Made by a program: the position numbers and the translations under genes
Source: Thermodesulfobacteriota bacterium
Lineage (GTDB): Bacteria > Desulfobacterota > Desulfobulbia > Desulfobulbales > SURF-16
Reading direction: 5' to 3'
NCBI GenBank assembly: GCA_039715015.1
Contig: JBDLIE010000001.1
Location: 78,719 to 142,718 of the forward strand
Length of the DNA: 64,000 bases
The notes under the pieces: model-generated
Database searches by the model: none
Told to the model about the DNA's origin: nothing
Seen by the model: the letters and a program-made list of their open reading frames with translations, nothing else
In this document: piece by piece, positions 19,378 through 28,081 of the stretch
Layout: every line of letters starts with the position of its first letter
Numbering within the stretch: the first letter of the stretch is position 1

Positions 19378-20127
19378 TTAGAGCCCCTCGTCCAGATCGC
19401 CGCCTGAGGCCAGGTCGATATAGAGTGAAAACATGATGGACAACACGGTGATGGCCACACCGATTTCCACCCCGAGCATGCCGTGCGAGTGGGCGGCAGG
19501 CTGGTTGATGCCCAGCACCTTGCCCCAGGCACCGTAGGCTAGGAAGTTGCGGCCCAGGTAGAGACATCCCAGACCGATACCGGCATAAAGCAGCACACCG
19601 ATGGCGGAAAACCTCATCACCGATTTTTCTTTGAAACGGCTGAGCACCGTCCCCAGGTCATAGGAGAGGGCGAGCAGGATAAAGCTGGCCCCCAGGATAA
19701 CGCCGCCCTGAAAACCACCGCCCGGGCTATGGTGACCGTGGGCAACCACGTAAAGGGCAAAGAGTTGCATGGCCGGAACCAACAGGCGCGAGGCGCTCTG
19801 CAGGATAATGTCGGCACCGGGTCGATCCGGCCGAGGCTGGAAAGATTTGGCCTTTTTCCGGCGGGTACGGCGCAGGACAATGAGTACGGTGATACCGGCG
19901 CAGAAAATGACCACCGTCTCAAACATGGTGTCGTAACCACGGTAATCAGCCAGTACTGAGGTGACGATGTTGGGAACAGAGGTTTCGTCGTAGGATTTCT
20001 CCAAATAATAATCGGAGAGATGAGTTGAGGCCGGAGACTGGGGATCACCCCAGTCGGGCAGATCTTCGGCGGCCCTCAGGAGCAAAATTCCCAACATCGC
20101 TATTATGATCAAAGCTGCTTTTTTCAC
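19378..20127 (-). CDS. mrpB: Mrp antiporter subunit B
   Basis: NIVTSVLADYRGYDTMFE, HGHHSPGGGFQGG; likely GTG start at 20127. Confidence 0.9.
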   Translation of the reverse strand: MKKAALIIIAMLGILLLRAAEDLPDWGDPQSPASTHLSDYYLEKSYDETSVPNIVTSVLADYRGYDTMFETVVIFCAGITVLIVLRRTRRKKAKSFQPRPDRPGADIILQSASRLLVPAMQLFALYVVAHGHHSPGGGFQGGVILGASFILLALSYDLGTVLSRFKEKSVMRFSAIGVLLYAGIGLGCLYLGRNFLAYGAWGKVLGINQPAAHSHGMLGVEIGVAITVLSIMFSLYIDLASGGDLDEGL

Positions 20128-20179
20128 GTCTTTTTTTTTCGTTTTGTTTGCTTTGTAGATGTTTCCTTTTAAGAGCGAT

Positions 20180-20443
20180 CTAATCCTTTGATCTGCGCTT
20201 GACATGCAGGGCCGTGCCCAGCAGCAGTACTGTGCTCACTCCGGCTCCGACGGCGGCCTCGGTAAAGGCCACGTCCACGGCCAGCATCTCAGTCCAGAGC
20301 AAACACATAAGAAAGCTGAAAGCTCCGCTAATCACGGCACAACTCACCAAGTCTTTCAGGCTGAGAGCGGCAATGGCGCAGATTATCACCATGGGCAGAA
20401 TAAGCAGATCAAATTGCCAGAGCAGGCTTGCGTCCCAGGACAT
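20180..20443 (-). CDS. DUF4040/MnhB N-terminal-like subunit
   Basis: AVDVAFTEAAVGAG motif. Confidence 0.88.
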   Translation of the reverse strand: MSWDASLLWQFDLLILPMVIICAIAALSLKDLVSCAVISGAFSFLMCLLWTEMLAVDVAFTEAAVGAGVSTVLLLGTALHVKRRSKD

Positions 20444-20445
20444 AG

Positions 20446-20805
20446 TTACTTTTCCTCCTCATCAGTGTCGCTCCAAAGGGTGCTTTCGTCATCATCGCGT
20501 GCCCAGTGCCGTACTTTGGACTCGTAACCAGCATCCATGATGGCATGGGTGGCTGTGGGGCTGGCAATAAAAACAAGCAGGCAAATCAGGACAATTTTGC
20601 CGCTGACCAGTACGCTGCTCAAGGACAGGTGGTGCAAGTTGTAGAGTGCCAGTCCAAACAGCATCAGCATAACACTTAAGGTGTCGCCTTTACCGGCAGC
20701 ATGAGTGCGGCAGTAAAAATCAGGGAAGCGAAGAATACCGATAGTGGTGCCGAAAAAGAAAAACAGGCCGGTGACCATGAGAATTATGACCAGGATATCT
20801 ATCAT
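20446..20805 (-). CDS. mrpG: Mrp antiporter subunit G
   Basis: RFPDFYCRTHAAGKGDTL, PTATHA. Confidence 0.92.
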   Translation of the reverse strand: MIDILVIILMVTGLFFFFGTTIGILRFPDFYCRTHAAGKGDTLSVMLMLFGLALYNLHHLSLSSVLVSGKIVLICLLVFIASPTATHAIMDAGYESKVRHWARDDDESTLWSDTDEEEK

Positions 20806-21110
20806 GCTGAACTCCCCCCTCTTTCTTCCTGATCAAGATGAACCTTTTTATGACGTTGGAAGAAACGGGCTGCTGCCAACGAGGCAATAAAGTTGAGCAG
20901 GGCGTAGGTCAAGGCAATATCGACAAACATATCCACCCGTTTGTAGAGCACACCGATCAGGACGATAAGCACTGTGGTCTTAGTGCCGATGACATTTACT
21001 CCCAGGATGCGGTCCAGGGGAGTAGGGCCAACAACGGTGCGGTACAGGGTGAGAAACATGAGCAGAAGAATGGCCACGCCAATGGTGATGAAAAAATGTT
21101 CCAAGGTCAC
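20802..21110 (-). CDS. mrpF: Mrp antiporter subunit F
   Basis: GPTPLDRIL, DIALTYALLNF. Confidence 0.92.
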   Translation of the reverse strand: MTLEHFFITIGVAILLLMFLTLYRTVVGPTPLDRILGVNVIGTKTTVLIVLIGVLYKRVDMFVDIALTYALLNFIASLAAARFFQRHKKVHLDQEERGGSSA

Positions 21111-21640
21111 GACTCCTTGTCCGTCAGGTAGCAGAAGTTATTCCTTTCAAAGACCATGGCAACACGGCGTTCCATTTCGCTGATTGCCTCCTGATCGGCC
21201 AGTTCGCCGGCAGCCTCCTGGCTAATGGCGTGGACATAGAGGGTGTCGCCATGAATACGGATGGTGACGGTGCCGGGCGTCAGAGTTATGGAGTTGGCTA
21301 AGACAAAGCGAGAGAAGTCGTTACGGAGGATGGTCTTAAAGCTAAAAATATGGGGCGCCAACTCGTTGCGCATGCGCCGGCCGGAAAGGGCCAGCCCTAT
21401 GACGTGGAAGTTGGCAATGACGATTTGCCAGAGAAGCCAGCCAAAATAGCCGAGAAAACGGCCAGCCTCAATGATGCGTCTGCTAAAACCTTTATCCCTT
21501 TCTAAAAAGAGGAGATCGCTGGAGAGCCGGGCCACAAGAGCGCAGGACAGCGCGCCCAGACTCAAGTGGAACAGGTCAAACTTTCCGGAGAGCAGCAGCC
21601 AAAGGGCAAAAAGAAGTATGAAGGTTGCAGTGCCAAACAA
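21107..21640 (-). CDS. mrpE: Mrp antiporter subunit E
   Basis: LWLLLSG, ANSITLTPGT, LYVHAI. Confidence 0.92.
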   Translation of the reverse strand: MFGTATFILLFALWLLLSGKFDLFHLSLGALSCALVARLSSDLLFLERDKGFSRRIIEAGRFLGYFGWLLWQIVIANFHVIGLALSGRRMRNELAPHIFSFKTILRNDFSRFVLANSITLTPGTVTIRIHGDTLYVHAISQEAAGELADQEAISEMERRVAMVFERNNFCYLTDKES

Positions 21641-21859
21641 AATGGAGTCTCTAGCAATAAACAGTCAATAGTTTGTCAAAAAGGTTCCGTGGGTATTTCC
21701 ACCAGGGTCGCAGCCCCTTTTAGCCTTTTTTTTGAAAGTCTTCAACCAATCACCACCCATTTTTACTTTTGGTGGTTTGAAATTGAAAGAGGGATGCTAT
21801 CCAGTCTACTGTTATCAAGCATTTTGTCCAGTGAATATGTCGCAGGTTGTTAGTGTTGG

Positions 21860-22519
21860 TTACTCGGTTAGTTGTCCCCAAATAGCCAGGTGGCGATCGC
21901 TGACCTCTCGGCATTGCAGGTTCAGGTCCTGCTCTGCAAGTTGCAGGGCTACCTCGCCGGGGCGGTAGGCAGCCAGCAATGAATTGTAGAAATCCTGCTG
22001 GAGGATCTCTGGCTCGTCGCTGCTATATTTCTCGACAATGGCCTTTGCGTCTTCAGGCGAGCCGGGACGGAAAAGATCCATAACAAAAATCAAGGTGCCC
22101 GGTTCGGCAAGTTTTTTAACACTCTGCCAGAGGTCCGCCGGATTGTTGAGGTGGTGCAGAAGGCTGTTTGACAAGATGACCTGCCAGGTGCCGATATCGT
22201 CTGGGAAAGGCAGCTGCTTGCATTGAAAGGCGATAGAGGATGATGTGGTAGAGCCGCATGCTAAGTAAGCATGGTTGAGCATCTCTTCTGACCCGTCAAG
22301 GCCAAGGCAGGTGCAGCCCGGAAAGATGCGAGCGAAATCGAATAAAATATGACCGGGGCCGCATCCCAGATCAAGGACTGTGGCTCTGCCTGAAAAGTCA
22401 GGGAAGGTCGTGTGAAACAGATCGAGAAACTGTTTGTTGGCTGGGCTGAAATCAGCTTCGGCATAGACCTTGGCCTGCTCAACTCCTTCCATCAATTCCG
22501 GTTCGGCAATGCGCTGCAC
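21860..22519 (-). CDS. Class I SAM-dependent methyltransferase
   Basis: RIAEPELM, VLDLGCGPG, GLDGSEEML, SNSLLHHL. Confidence 0.88.
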   Translation of the reverse strand: MQRIAEPELMEGVEQAKVYAEADFSPANKQFLDLFHTTFPDFSGRATVLDLGCGPGHILFDFARIFPGCTCLGLDGSEEMLNHAYLACGSTTSSSIAFQCKQLPFPDDIGTWQVILSNSLLHHLNNPADLWQSVKKLAEPGTLIFVMDLFRPGSPEDAKAIVEKYSSDEPEILQQDFYNSLLAAYRPGEVALQLAEQDLNLQCREVSDRHLAIWGQLTE

Positions 22520-22531
22520 GAGAGTATCTCC

Positions 22532-22563
22532 AAAAAAAATCCCACCTTAAAAAAGGTGGGATT
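22532..22563 (-). terminator. Rho-independent terminator of the SH3 gene
   Basis: AATCCCACCTT/AAGGTGGGATT stem; A run on + strand is a U run on - strand. Confidence 0.75.
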
Positions 22564-22596
22564 AAAAAATCCATTTTATGGCAGTGAGGTGGATAG

Positions 22597-23046
22597 TTAC
22601 CAGCCCCAGAGAAGGTCACGCTTTACCCAGCCTTCGACATTTTCCTCATCATGACGAATCTTAACCCAGCCCTTACGGCGCTCTAAGGTACGGAGAACCA
22701 CACCCCTCTTGGCCTGGCGAACTATTTTATATCTGGTGCTCGGGCCGCTACGCAGATTTATGGCCCTTTTTTTGACCACCAGATGCGCTTTGCGGCTCAC
22801 CAGTTTTTTGTAGACCCAGCCTTTATCATTTTCAAAGTCAACAACTCGGTACCAGCTGCCTTTTGAGCCTATCACCTTAAGAGGATAGCCGCGGCCAAGC
22901 TCCCAGAGCACCTTGTATTTAGAACCAGGGCCACTGCGCAGATTGATCATGTCAGCATCAACGCTAACCATCTTGGCCTGGGCCAAAGTGGCTGGGCCCA
23001 CCAGCAAGAGACAGGCAAGAGCTATAAGAGAAAACTTACGAATCAT
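22597..23046 (-). CDS. Secreted tandem bacterial SH3 domain protein
   Basis: Signal peptide plus two NLRSGP...GW repeats. Confidence 0.9.
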   Translation of the reverse strand: MIRKFSLIALACLLLVGPATLAQAKMVSVDADMINLRSGPGSKYKVLWELGRGYPLKVIGSKGSWYRVVDFENDKGWVYKKLVSRKAHLVVKKRAINLRSGPSTRYKIVRQAKRGVVLRTLERRKGWVKIRHDEENVEGWVKRDLLWGW

Positions 23047-23125
23047 AAGAGGTTTCCATCATTAGTAAATGCAAAGAATTTGTAACCTACCGATCTGCAA
23101 AGAAACTGTCCAGCTAAAAAAGGTT

Positions 23126-24019
23126 TCATTTTGCAGGTACTTTTTTGGTGCGGATGTCCCCGGCTTGTACAGGGAGACCGCCAATTTCAAGGCCGATAGC
23201 ACCAAAGCGACAGGCCTCATTCATACACTTGAGGCAGGTGATACATTCACCATCATCCGGGGATTCGTTAAATTTAACACCCATGGGGCAGACATCATGG
23301 CATTCCAGGCATTTGGTGCATTTTGACTCGTTCAGGGTGAGACGGACCATTTTTGCCTTCCTGAAGAGGCCGTACCAGGCTCCCAAGGGACAGGTGGTGC
23401 GGCAAAAAGGGCGGCTGGCAACCACGCTCCATGCCAGGAAAAGAATCATAATGGTAAATTTTGACCAAAACAGGGTGCCGATAATCTGCTGCAGGTCCGG
23501 TTGCAAAAAGAGCATGGGTAAACCCGCCTCAAGGGTACCTGCCGGGCAGATGAACTTGCAGAACCAGGGAAGGCCCATATCAAACTCGTTAATGTAGACC
23601 ACCGGTAAAATGAAAATCGTCAGGGCCAGAAGTCCATATTTTATAAAACGTAAGGGGCGGGGTACGGAAAATTTAGGTGAGGGGATTTTATGGAGTAGTT
23701 CCTGTATAAAGCCGAAGGGGCAGGCCCAGCCGCAAACCATACGCCCAAAAACAGCACCGAGAAAGCCTATGGAGCCAATGACATAAAATCCTACATAAAA
23801 TTGGCCGTTTGCCAGGGTCATTCGCACGGAGAGGAGGAGCTGCTGGATGGCGCCGAGGGGGCAGGCCGTTGTCGCAGCCGGGCACGAGTAGCAGTTGAGA
23901 CCTGGAGAGCAGAGGACCTTGAGCGGTCCTTGGTACAGCGAGCGGGTAAAGGGAAAGCTCCAGGAGGCATTGGTGAGAATTAAAATGCCTGCCTGAAACC
24001 ATTTGCGCAAAAATTCCAT
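23126..24019 (-). CDS. Membrane 4Fe-4S binding protein (NapH/CcoG-like polyferredoxin)
   Basis: LNCYSCP, CGWACPFG, FCKFICPAG, FCRTTCPLG, CTKCLECHDVCP, CITCLKC. Confidence 0.9.
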   Translation of the reverse strand: MEFLRKWFQAGILILTNASWSFPFTRSLYQGPLKVLCSPGLNCYSCPAATTACPLGAIQQLLLSVRMTLANGQFYVGFYVIGSIGFLGAVFGRMVCGWACPFGFIQELLHKIPSPKFSVPRPLRFIKYGLLALTIFILPVVYINEFDMGLPWFCKFICPAGTLEAGLPMLFLQPDLQQIIGTLFWSKFTIMILFLAWSVVASRPFCRTTCPLGAWYGLFRKAKMVRLTLNESKCTKCLECHDVCPMGVKFNESPDDGECITCLKCMNEACRFGAIGLEIGGLPVQAGDIRTKKVPAK

Positions 24020-24061
24020 ATGAGTAGTGGTAGACCGAGAAAAGGGGAATTAACAGGAGCG

Positions 24062-24220
24062 TTAGCCGATACCAATACAGCTTAAACAGATTTGCCAGGC
24101 CTGTTCAAGAACACGGGAAGGCTCATCGTAAAAGACACCAATGCAAAATATAATAATAAAAAAACTGATTAAAAAAAGAGGGAGTTTGTCGACCGGTTGC
24201 TGGGGCTTTTTTTTTGCCAT
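24062..24220 (-). CDS. Small membrane CxxC protein (CD1871A-like), absent from the ORF track
   Basis: Hand translation: MAKKKPQQPVDKLPLFLISFFIIIFCIGVFYDEPSRVLEQAWQICLSCIGIG* (52 aa); sits directly upstream of the 4Fe-4S gene. Confidence 0.85.
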   Translation of the reverse strand: MAKKKPQQPVDKLPLFLISFFIIIFCIGVFYDEPSRVLEQAWQICLSCIGIG

Positions 24221-24228
24221 CTTGAAAT

Positions 24229-24543
24229 TTATTCTCCGTGGTTGCCCTGTAAGATCTTCTCAACGGCATCAATCTTGTCACCAATGCCGACTTTTTTATC
24301 ACGGCGGTCATCAATAACTATTTGGGTGACCACCCTTACCGCTCCCTTGGTAAAGGGGATTTCATATATTTTTTCTATGATGGCCAGAAGTTCGGAAATG
24401 TTCCCTTCAATAACGGTTCCCATGTCATTTAGGCGGAAAGAGACCTTGGCTTTCTCCAGCTCTTTTTGGATCTCGGCGACATAATTGCCGACACTGGCGG
24501 TCTCGGTGCCTAAAGGAATGGTGGTCAGTTGCAGCAGGGCCAT
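24229..24543 (-). CDS. MTH1187/YkoF-family thiamine-binding protein
   Basis: IPLGTETASVGNYVA, MGTVIEG, IDDRRDK. Confidence 0.88.
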   Translation of the reverse strand: MALLQLTTIPLGTETASVGNYVAEIQKELEKAKVSFRLNDMGTVIEGNISELLAIIEKIYEIPFTKGAVRVVTQIVIDDRRDKKVGIGDKIDAVEKILQGNHGE

Positions 24544-24546
24544 ACT

Positions 24547-24912
24547 TTACTCGTTGTCAAAGGGGAATTCGTCCAGGGAGTCAGGGTCATCGCTGTTGTA
24601 ATAAATAATATTTCGGAGATGGGTGTAGCTGTCCAGGTCAATCTCCGTGAAATGAATACCGATGCCGTCGTCTTCAAGGCGGACCACCCTTCCCGCCATG
24701 GAAAGCGAGATATCATCGCTGGTCCCGGCAAGATGCAGGTCCAGGTCGCAGGTGTCGCCCTGGTCGCGATCTGAAATCCCGAGAACAAGCACACCCCTGG
24801 TGGATAGATTCTCAGTCTCGCAGTCGTTGTATTTTTGGCCGGCGAAGTCCAGGTCCACTGTGGCGTGAAAAGATACCCGGACATTGTCGCGGCGGTCATC
24901 GTGATCCGTCAT
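24547..24912 (-). CDS. PilZ domain protein
   Basis: RRDNVR (RxxxR) and NLSTRG (D/NxSxxG) motifs. Confidence 0.85.
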   Translation of the reverse strand: MTDHDDRRDNVRVSFHATVDLDFAGQKYNDCETENLSTRGVLVLGISDRDQGDTCDLDLHLAGTSDDISLSMAGRVVRLEDDGIGIHFTEIDLDSYTHLRNIIYYNSDDPDSLDEFPFDNE

Positions 24913-25022
24913 CTCTTTCTCCTGTGTTGAAACCTGGTACTTGCTAGACAATATTCTATTATAAAGAAAAGTCGCCCCACTATTTAATGATCACTATATT
25001 AATCATAACCGACAAACACAAG

Positions 25023-25601
25023 TCACTCTCTGCTTTGGGGAGGGGGGAGGTGGGCCCAGGCGATATTTATCGCTGCAGAAATTTTGCCCAGCAGCACTGC
25101 TGCCTGTTGGCCCTGCTCGGCAGTGAGAGCATCTTTTTTTTCAAGCAGGGCAGGAAGTTGGCCCGCATCTTCAGCAAGGGCGGTCAGCCTCTCCAGTAGT
25201 TTTGTCGTATTGATTGTTTGGTCGGCTGTTTTGAGTTCGTCTTGTGCTAAACTGATGTTGAGGCGAAGAAAACGCTTATATGCCCTGCTGGCAGTTTCTT
25301 TTTCTTTGGCCGGGTCATGTTCATCATCCTCATAGGCATTGACAATATGGGCCATGTCTTCTTTGAGAAAGTCCATGGCATCAGCCTGAGGATCGTCTTT
25401 TTCAAAATGGTTGATAGCACTGGATGCCATTCTCAGCAGGGCAAGGGGATGGGGGCGCCCATGGAAGTAGGAATTCAGTGCGGCAAAGGCTGCCTTCAGG
25501 CGGACAATCCGTTGGGGACTTAATTGCCAATCCGGGGCAATGATTTCAGCTCGTAATTGCTGGATGGCTTCATGGGTGGAAGAAGTATTGGAAGGTGACA
25601 T
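25023..25601 (-). CDS. Hypothetical alpha-helical protein
   Basis: About 190-aa ORF filling the gap; no recognised motif. Confidence 0.65.
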   Translation of the reverse strand: MSPSNTSSTHEAIQQLRAEIIAPDWQLSPQRIVRLKAAFAALNSYFHGRPHPLALLRMASSAINHFEKDDPQADAMDFLKEDMAHIVNAYEDDEHDPAKEKETASRAYKRFLRLNISLAQDELKTADQTINTTKLLERLTALAEDAGQLPALLEKKDALTAEQGQQAAVLLGKISAAINIAWAHLPPPQSRE

Positions 25602-25726
25602 ATATATCAATGCGAGGGCAAATAACGGATTAACAGCAAGGTGTAACTGCCTTTTTTTTCTAAAGATTTAGGGTGAAAAACAAGTTGTTTCTTGCCAGGT
25701 TGCCTGGCTCATCTTATCATGGTGCC

Positions 25727-26512
25727 ATGAATCCGCTTTTTTTTGAATTTTTTTCCTTTGTTTTCGGGGCCATTGTCGGCAGTTTTCTTAATGTCGTTAT
25801 TCTCCGCCTTCCTGATCCTGAGGCCTCGGTGGTGTTTCCCGGCTCCCATTGTCCCAGCTGTAAGACCTCTCTGCACTGGTACGAAAATATTCCCATTATC
25901 AGCTTTCTCTTTTTGCAAGGACGCTGCCGGACCTGTCAGGTAAAGATTTCCATCCAGTATCCCTTGGTGGAGCTGGCCATGGCCCTGCTTTCGTTTTTTT
26001 TGTTGCAGCGGTTCTTTATCTCTGTGGAATTTTTAATCTATTTTGTTTTTGCAGCCGCCCTGCTTGTCATTATCGTCATTGATTTCTATCATCAGATTAT
26101 ACCGGACCGGATCAGCCTGCCCGGTATTGTTCTTGGTTTTGCGGCCTCTTTTTTGCTGCCTGGATTGGCCTGGCAGAGTTCTGCGCTGGGCATTCTTTTT
26201 GGTGGAGGCATTTTTTACGCCATTGCCATGGGCTATTACCTGGTCACTAAGCGCCATGGTATGGGGGGAGGCGATATAAAACTGCTTGCCATGATCGGCG
26301 CCTTCCAGGGCTGGCAGGCCTTGCCCTTTGTTATTTTCTGCAGCTCCCTGCTTGGTACCATCGTTGGTCTCGGGGCCATGGTGAAGCAGAAAAAAGGAGG
26401 GCAAACCCGAATTCCTTACGGCCCTTTTCTTGCCATGGCCAGTCTCCTCTATCTCTTTTTTGATCACCGGATCATCCAGCTCACCCACTGGTATCTGACC
26501 AGACCCCGTTAG
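25727..26512 (+). CDS. pilD: Type IV prepilin peptidase
   Basis: GSFLNVVI, SHCPSC, GRCRTC, YPLVE, DFYHQIIPD, MGGGDIKL, PYGPFL. Confidence 0.93.
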   Translation: MNPLFFEFFSFVFGAIVGSFLNVVILRLPDPEASVVFPGSHCPSCKTSLHWYENIPIISFLFLQGRCRTCQVKISIQYPLVELAMALLSFFLLQRFFISVEFLIYFVFAAALLVIIVIDFYHQIIPDRISLPGIVLGFAASFLLPGLAWQSSALGILFGGGIFYAIAMGYYLVTKRHGMGGGDIKLLAMIGAFQGWQALPFVIFCSSLLGTIVGLGAMVKQKKGGQTRIPYGPFLAMASLLYLFFDHRIIQLTHWYLTRPR

Positions 26513-26652
26513 GGAAATGAGGTATAGGGCCAGGGCTCACTGGCCCTTTTTGTCGAGCTAGCCCCATTTGTTAAGAGTTGTACTCCCATTGGCTGCTGTG
26601 ATATTTTATATCTACATTTTCTCAATTCATTCAAACGGACAGGGTGCTATCT

Positions 26653-27648
26653 ATGTCTGAAAAAATGATTGATCTAGCCCTTGATCAAAGCAACAAGCGA
26701 GAAGCGGTCAGACAACTATATGAAATGATCGTTGACGCAGCTGACAGGCGAGATTTTGCCCTGGCTGAAAGGTTGCGCCACAGGCTTGTCGCCATTGATG
26801 ATATGGCATTGACCGAGATAATCGGCTCGGCCGAGGTGATTGAAGCGGCAAAAACAGCGGCCATTGATCCCTCTTATAATGAGCAGTGGAAGGATTTACG
26901 TGCTGGCTTCAGTGAAGAGGAGAATAACGCCCTCTTTTTTGCCCTGAAAGAAACAAGCCTTAAGCCGGGCACAGCCTTTATCGAACAGGGTAAACTGAAC
27001 AACCGGCTTTTTTTTATCATTCAAGGACGCGTCACCATCGTCTGCCGGCAGGGAGACAGGAAATTTCTGCTGCAGCACCTTGATGCCGGCGATATCGCAG
27101 GGGAAGATACCTTTTTCGGGATTTCCATCGCTACCGCCTCAGCTGTGTGCCAAAGCCCGGTAACAGTCAAATATTTGGAAAGAAAGAGCATGGAAGGGTG
27201 GCAAGAGTCATTGCCCAGTCTTGAGGAAAAGCTGCGGAGCTATTGTCGAACGCACTGCAGCCTAGACCATGCCCAGGCCGTTAAAAAAATTGAACGCCGG
27301 CAGAACAAACGTTACCCCATTGAAAAGGTGCTTAACGCTCAACTTCAGAATCTTAAGGGCCAGGATATCGGGGTCTCTTTTCGAGGTGTTCTTGATGATG
27401 TTTCCAAGGGCGGCGTCTGTTTTTTTATAAAAACACCTCGCCAGAGTACGGCCAGAATGCTGTTGGGGCGGCCAGTTTGTCTAACCCTTTCTTTGGGCAA
27501 GGCTGAGTTGAGCCTCCATGGTCTTATTGTCAGCGCTAAATATCATCTTCATAATGATTACACCGTTCATGTAAAGCTCACCAGCAGCGATGGTCCACTC
27601 TTTAAACAGCTTCTGGCTAAGCTGGAGGCTCAGGATGCAGAGCATTAA
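26653..27648 (+). CDS. cNMP-binding domain plus PilZ domain protein
   Basis: FIEQG...LFFIIQG...GDIAGED (cNMP fold); ERRQNKRY and DDVSKGG (PilZ). Confidence 0.8.
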   Translation: MSEKMIDLALDQSNKREAVRQLYEMIVDAADRRDFALAERLRHRLVAIDDMALTEIIGSAEVIEAAKTAAIDPSYNEQWKDLRAGFSEEENNALFFALKETSLKPGTAFIEQGKLNNRLFFIIQGRVTIVCRQGDRKFLLQHLDAGDIAGEDTFFGISIATASAVCQSPVTVKYLERKSMEGWQESLPSLEEKLRSYCRTHCSLDHAQAVKKIERRQNKRYPIEKVLNAQLQNLKGQDIGVSFRGVLDDVSKGGVCFFIKTPRQSTARMLLGRPVCLTLSLGKAELSLHGLIVSAKYHLHNDYTVHVKLTSSDGPLFKQLLAKLEAQDAEH

Positions 27649-27717
27649 AATAAAAAAAATGGTGAGCCTTTTTTCTGCCTGAGTTCCCTCCTAGATTCCA
27701 ATTGTTATAAGAAAAAC

Positions 27718-27731
27718 AGTAATAATTATCC
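27718..27731 (+). promoter_or_regulatory. Candidate PerR box upstream of DUF4492-cydAB
   Basis: AGTAATAATTATCC is 13/14 identical to AGTAATTATTATCC upstream of perR (57561-57574). Confidence 0.5.
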
Positions 27732-27853
27732 CTAGATAAGAATAATTGCCGCTTGACAAATAGAGCCAATTTATTCGATTCTTCTTGACAGCAGTTCTGC
27801 CTTAGGATTAAAGAGTACTTTAAAATAATAACTATTATCAAAAAGTAACTGAA

Positions 27854-28081
27854 ATGATCCTCAATATTTATTCCTTTTATCGTGATGGCTTCCGCAGGAT
27901 GCGGGTGGGTAAGAAACTGTGGGCCATTATATTCTTGAAGCTTTTCATTATGTTCGCCGTTTTGAAGGCGTTCTTTTTTCCAAATTTTCTAAATACGAAT
28001 TTTAAAACAGATCATGAACGTGCCGGCCATGTGTTGGGCAACTTCACACAACCAAAAACAATGGGAGAAAATAATGATTGA
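27854..28081 (+). CDS. DUF4492 family protein
   Basis: FYRDGFRRMRVGKKLWAIIFLKLFIMFAVLK.FFFPNFL; typical leader gene of this cydAB type. Confidence 0.88.
   Translation: MILNIYSFYRDGFRRMRVGKKLWAIIFLKLFIMFAVLKAFFFPNFLNTNFKTDHERAGHVLGNFTQPKTMGENND

Noticed and set aside
21641..21859. Na+/Li+ riboswitch in the mrp leader
   Set aside because: I could not match the nhaA-I/II or DUF1646 consensus by eye; cmscan would be needed.
24123..24314. 63-aa minus-strand ORF from the track
   Set aside because: Wrong frame; the real small gene is 24062-24220.
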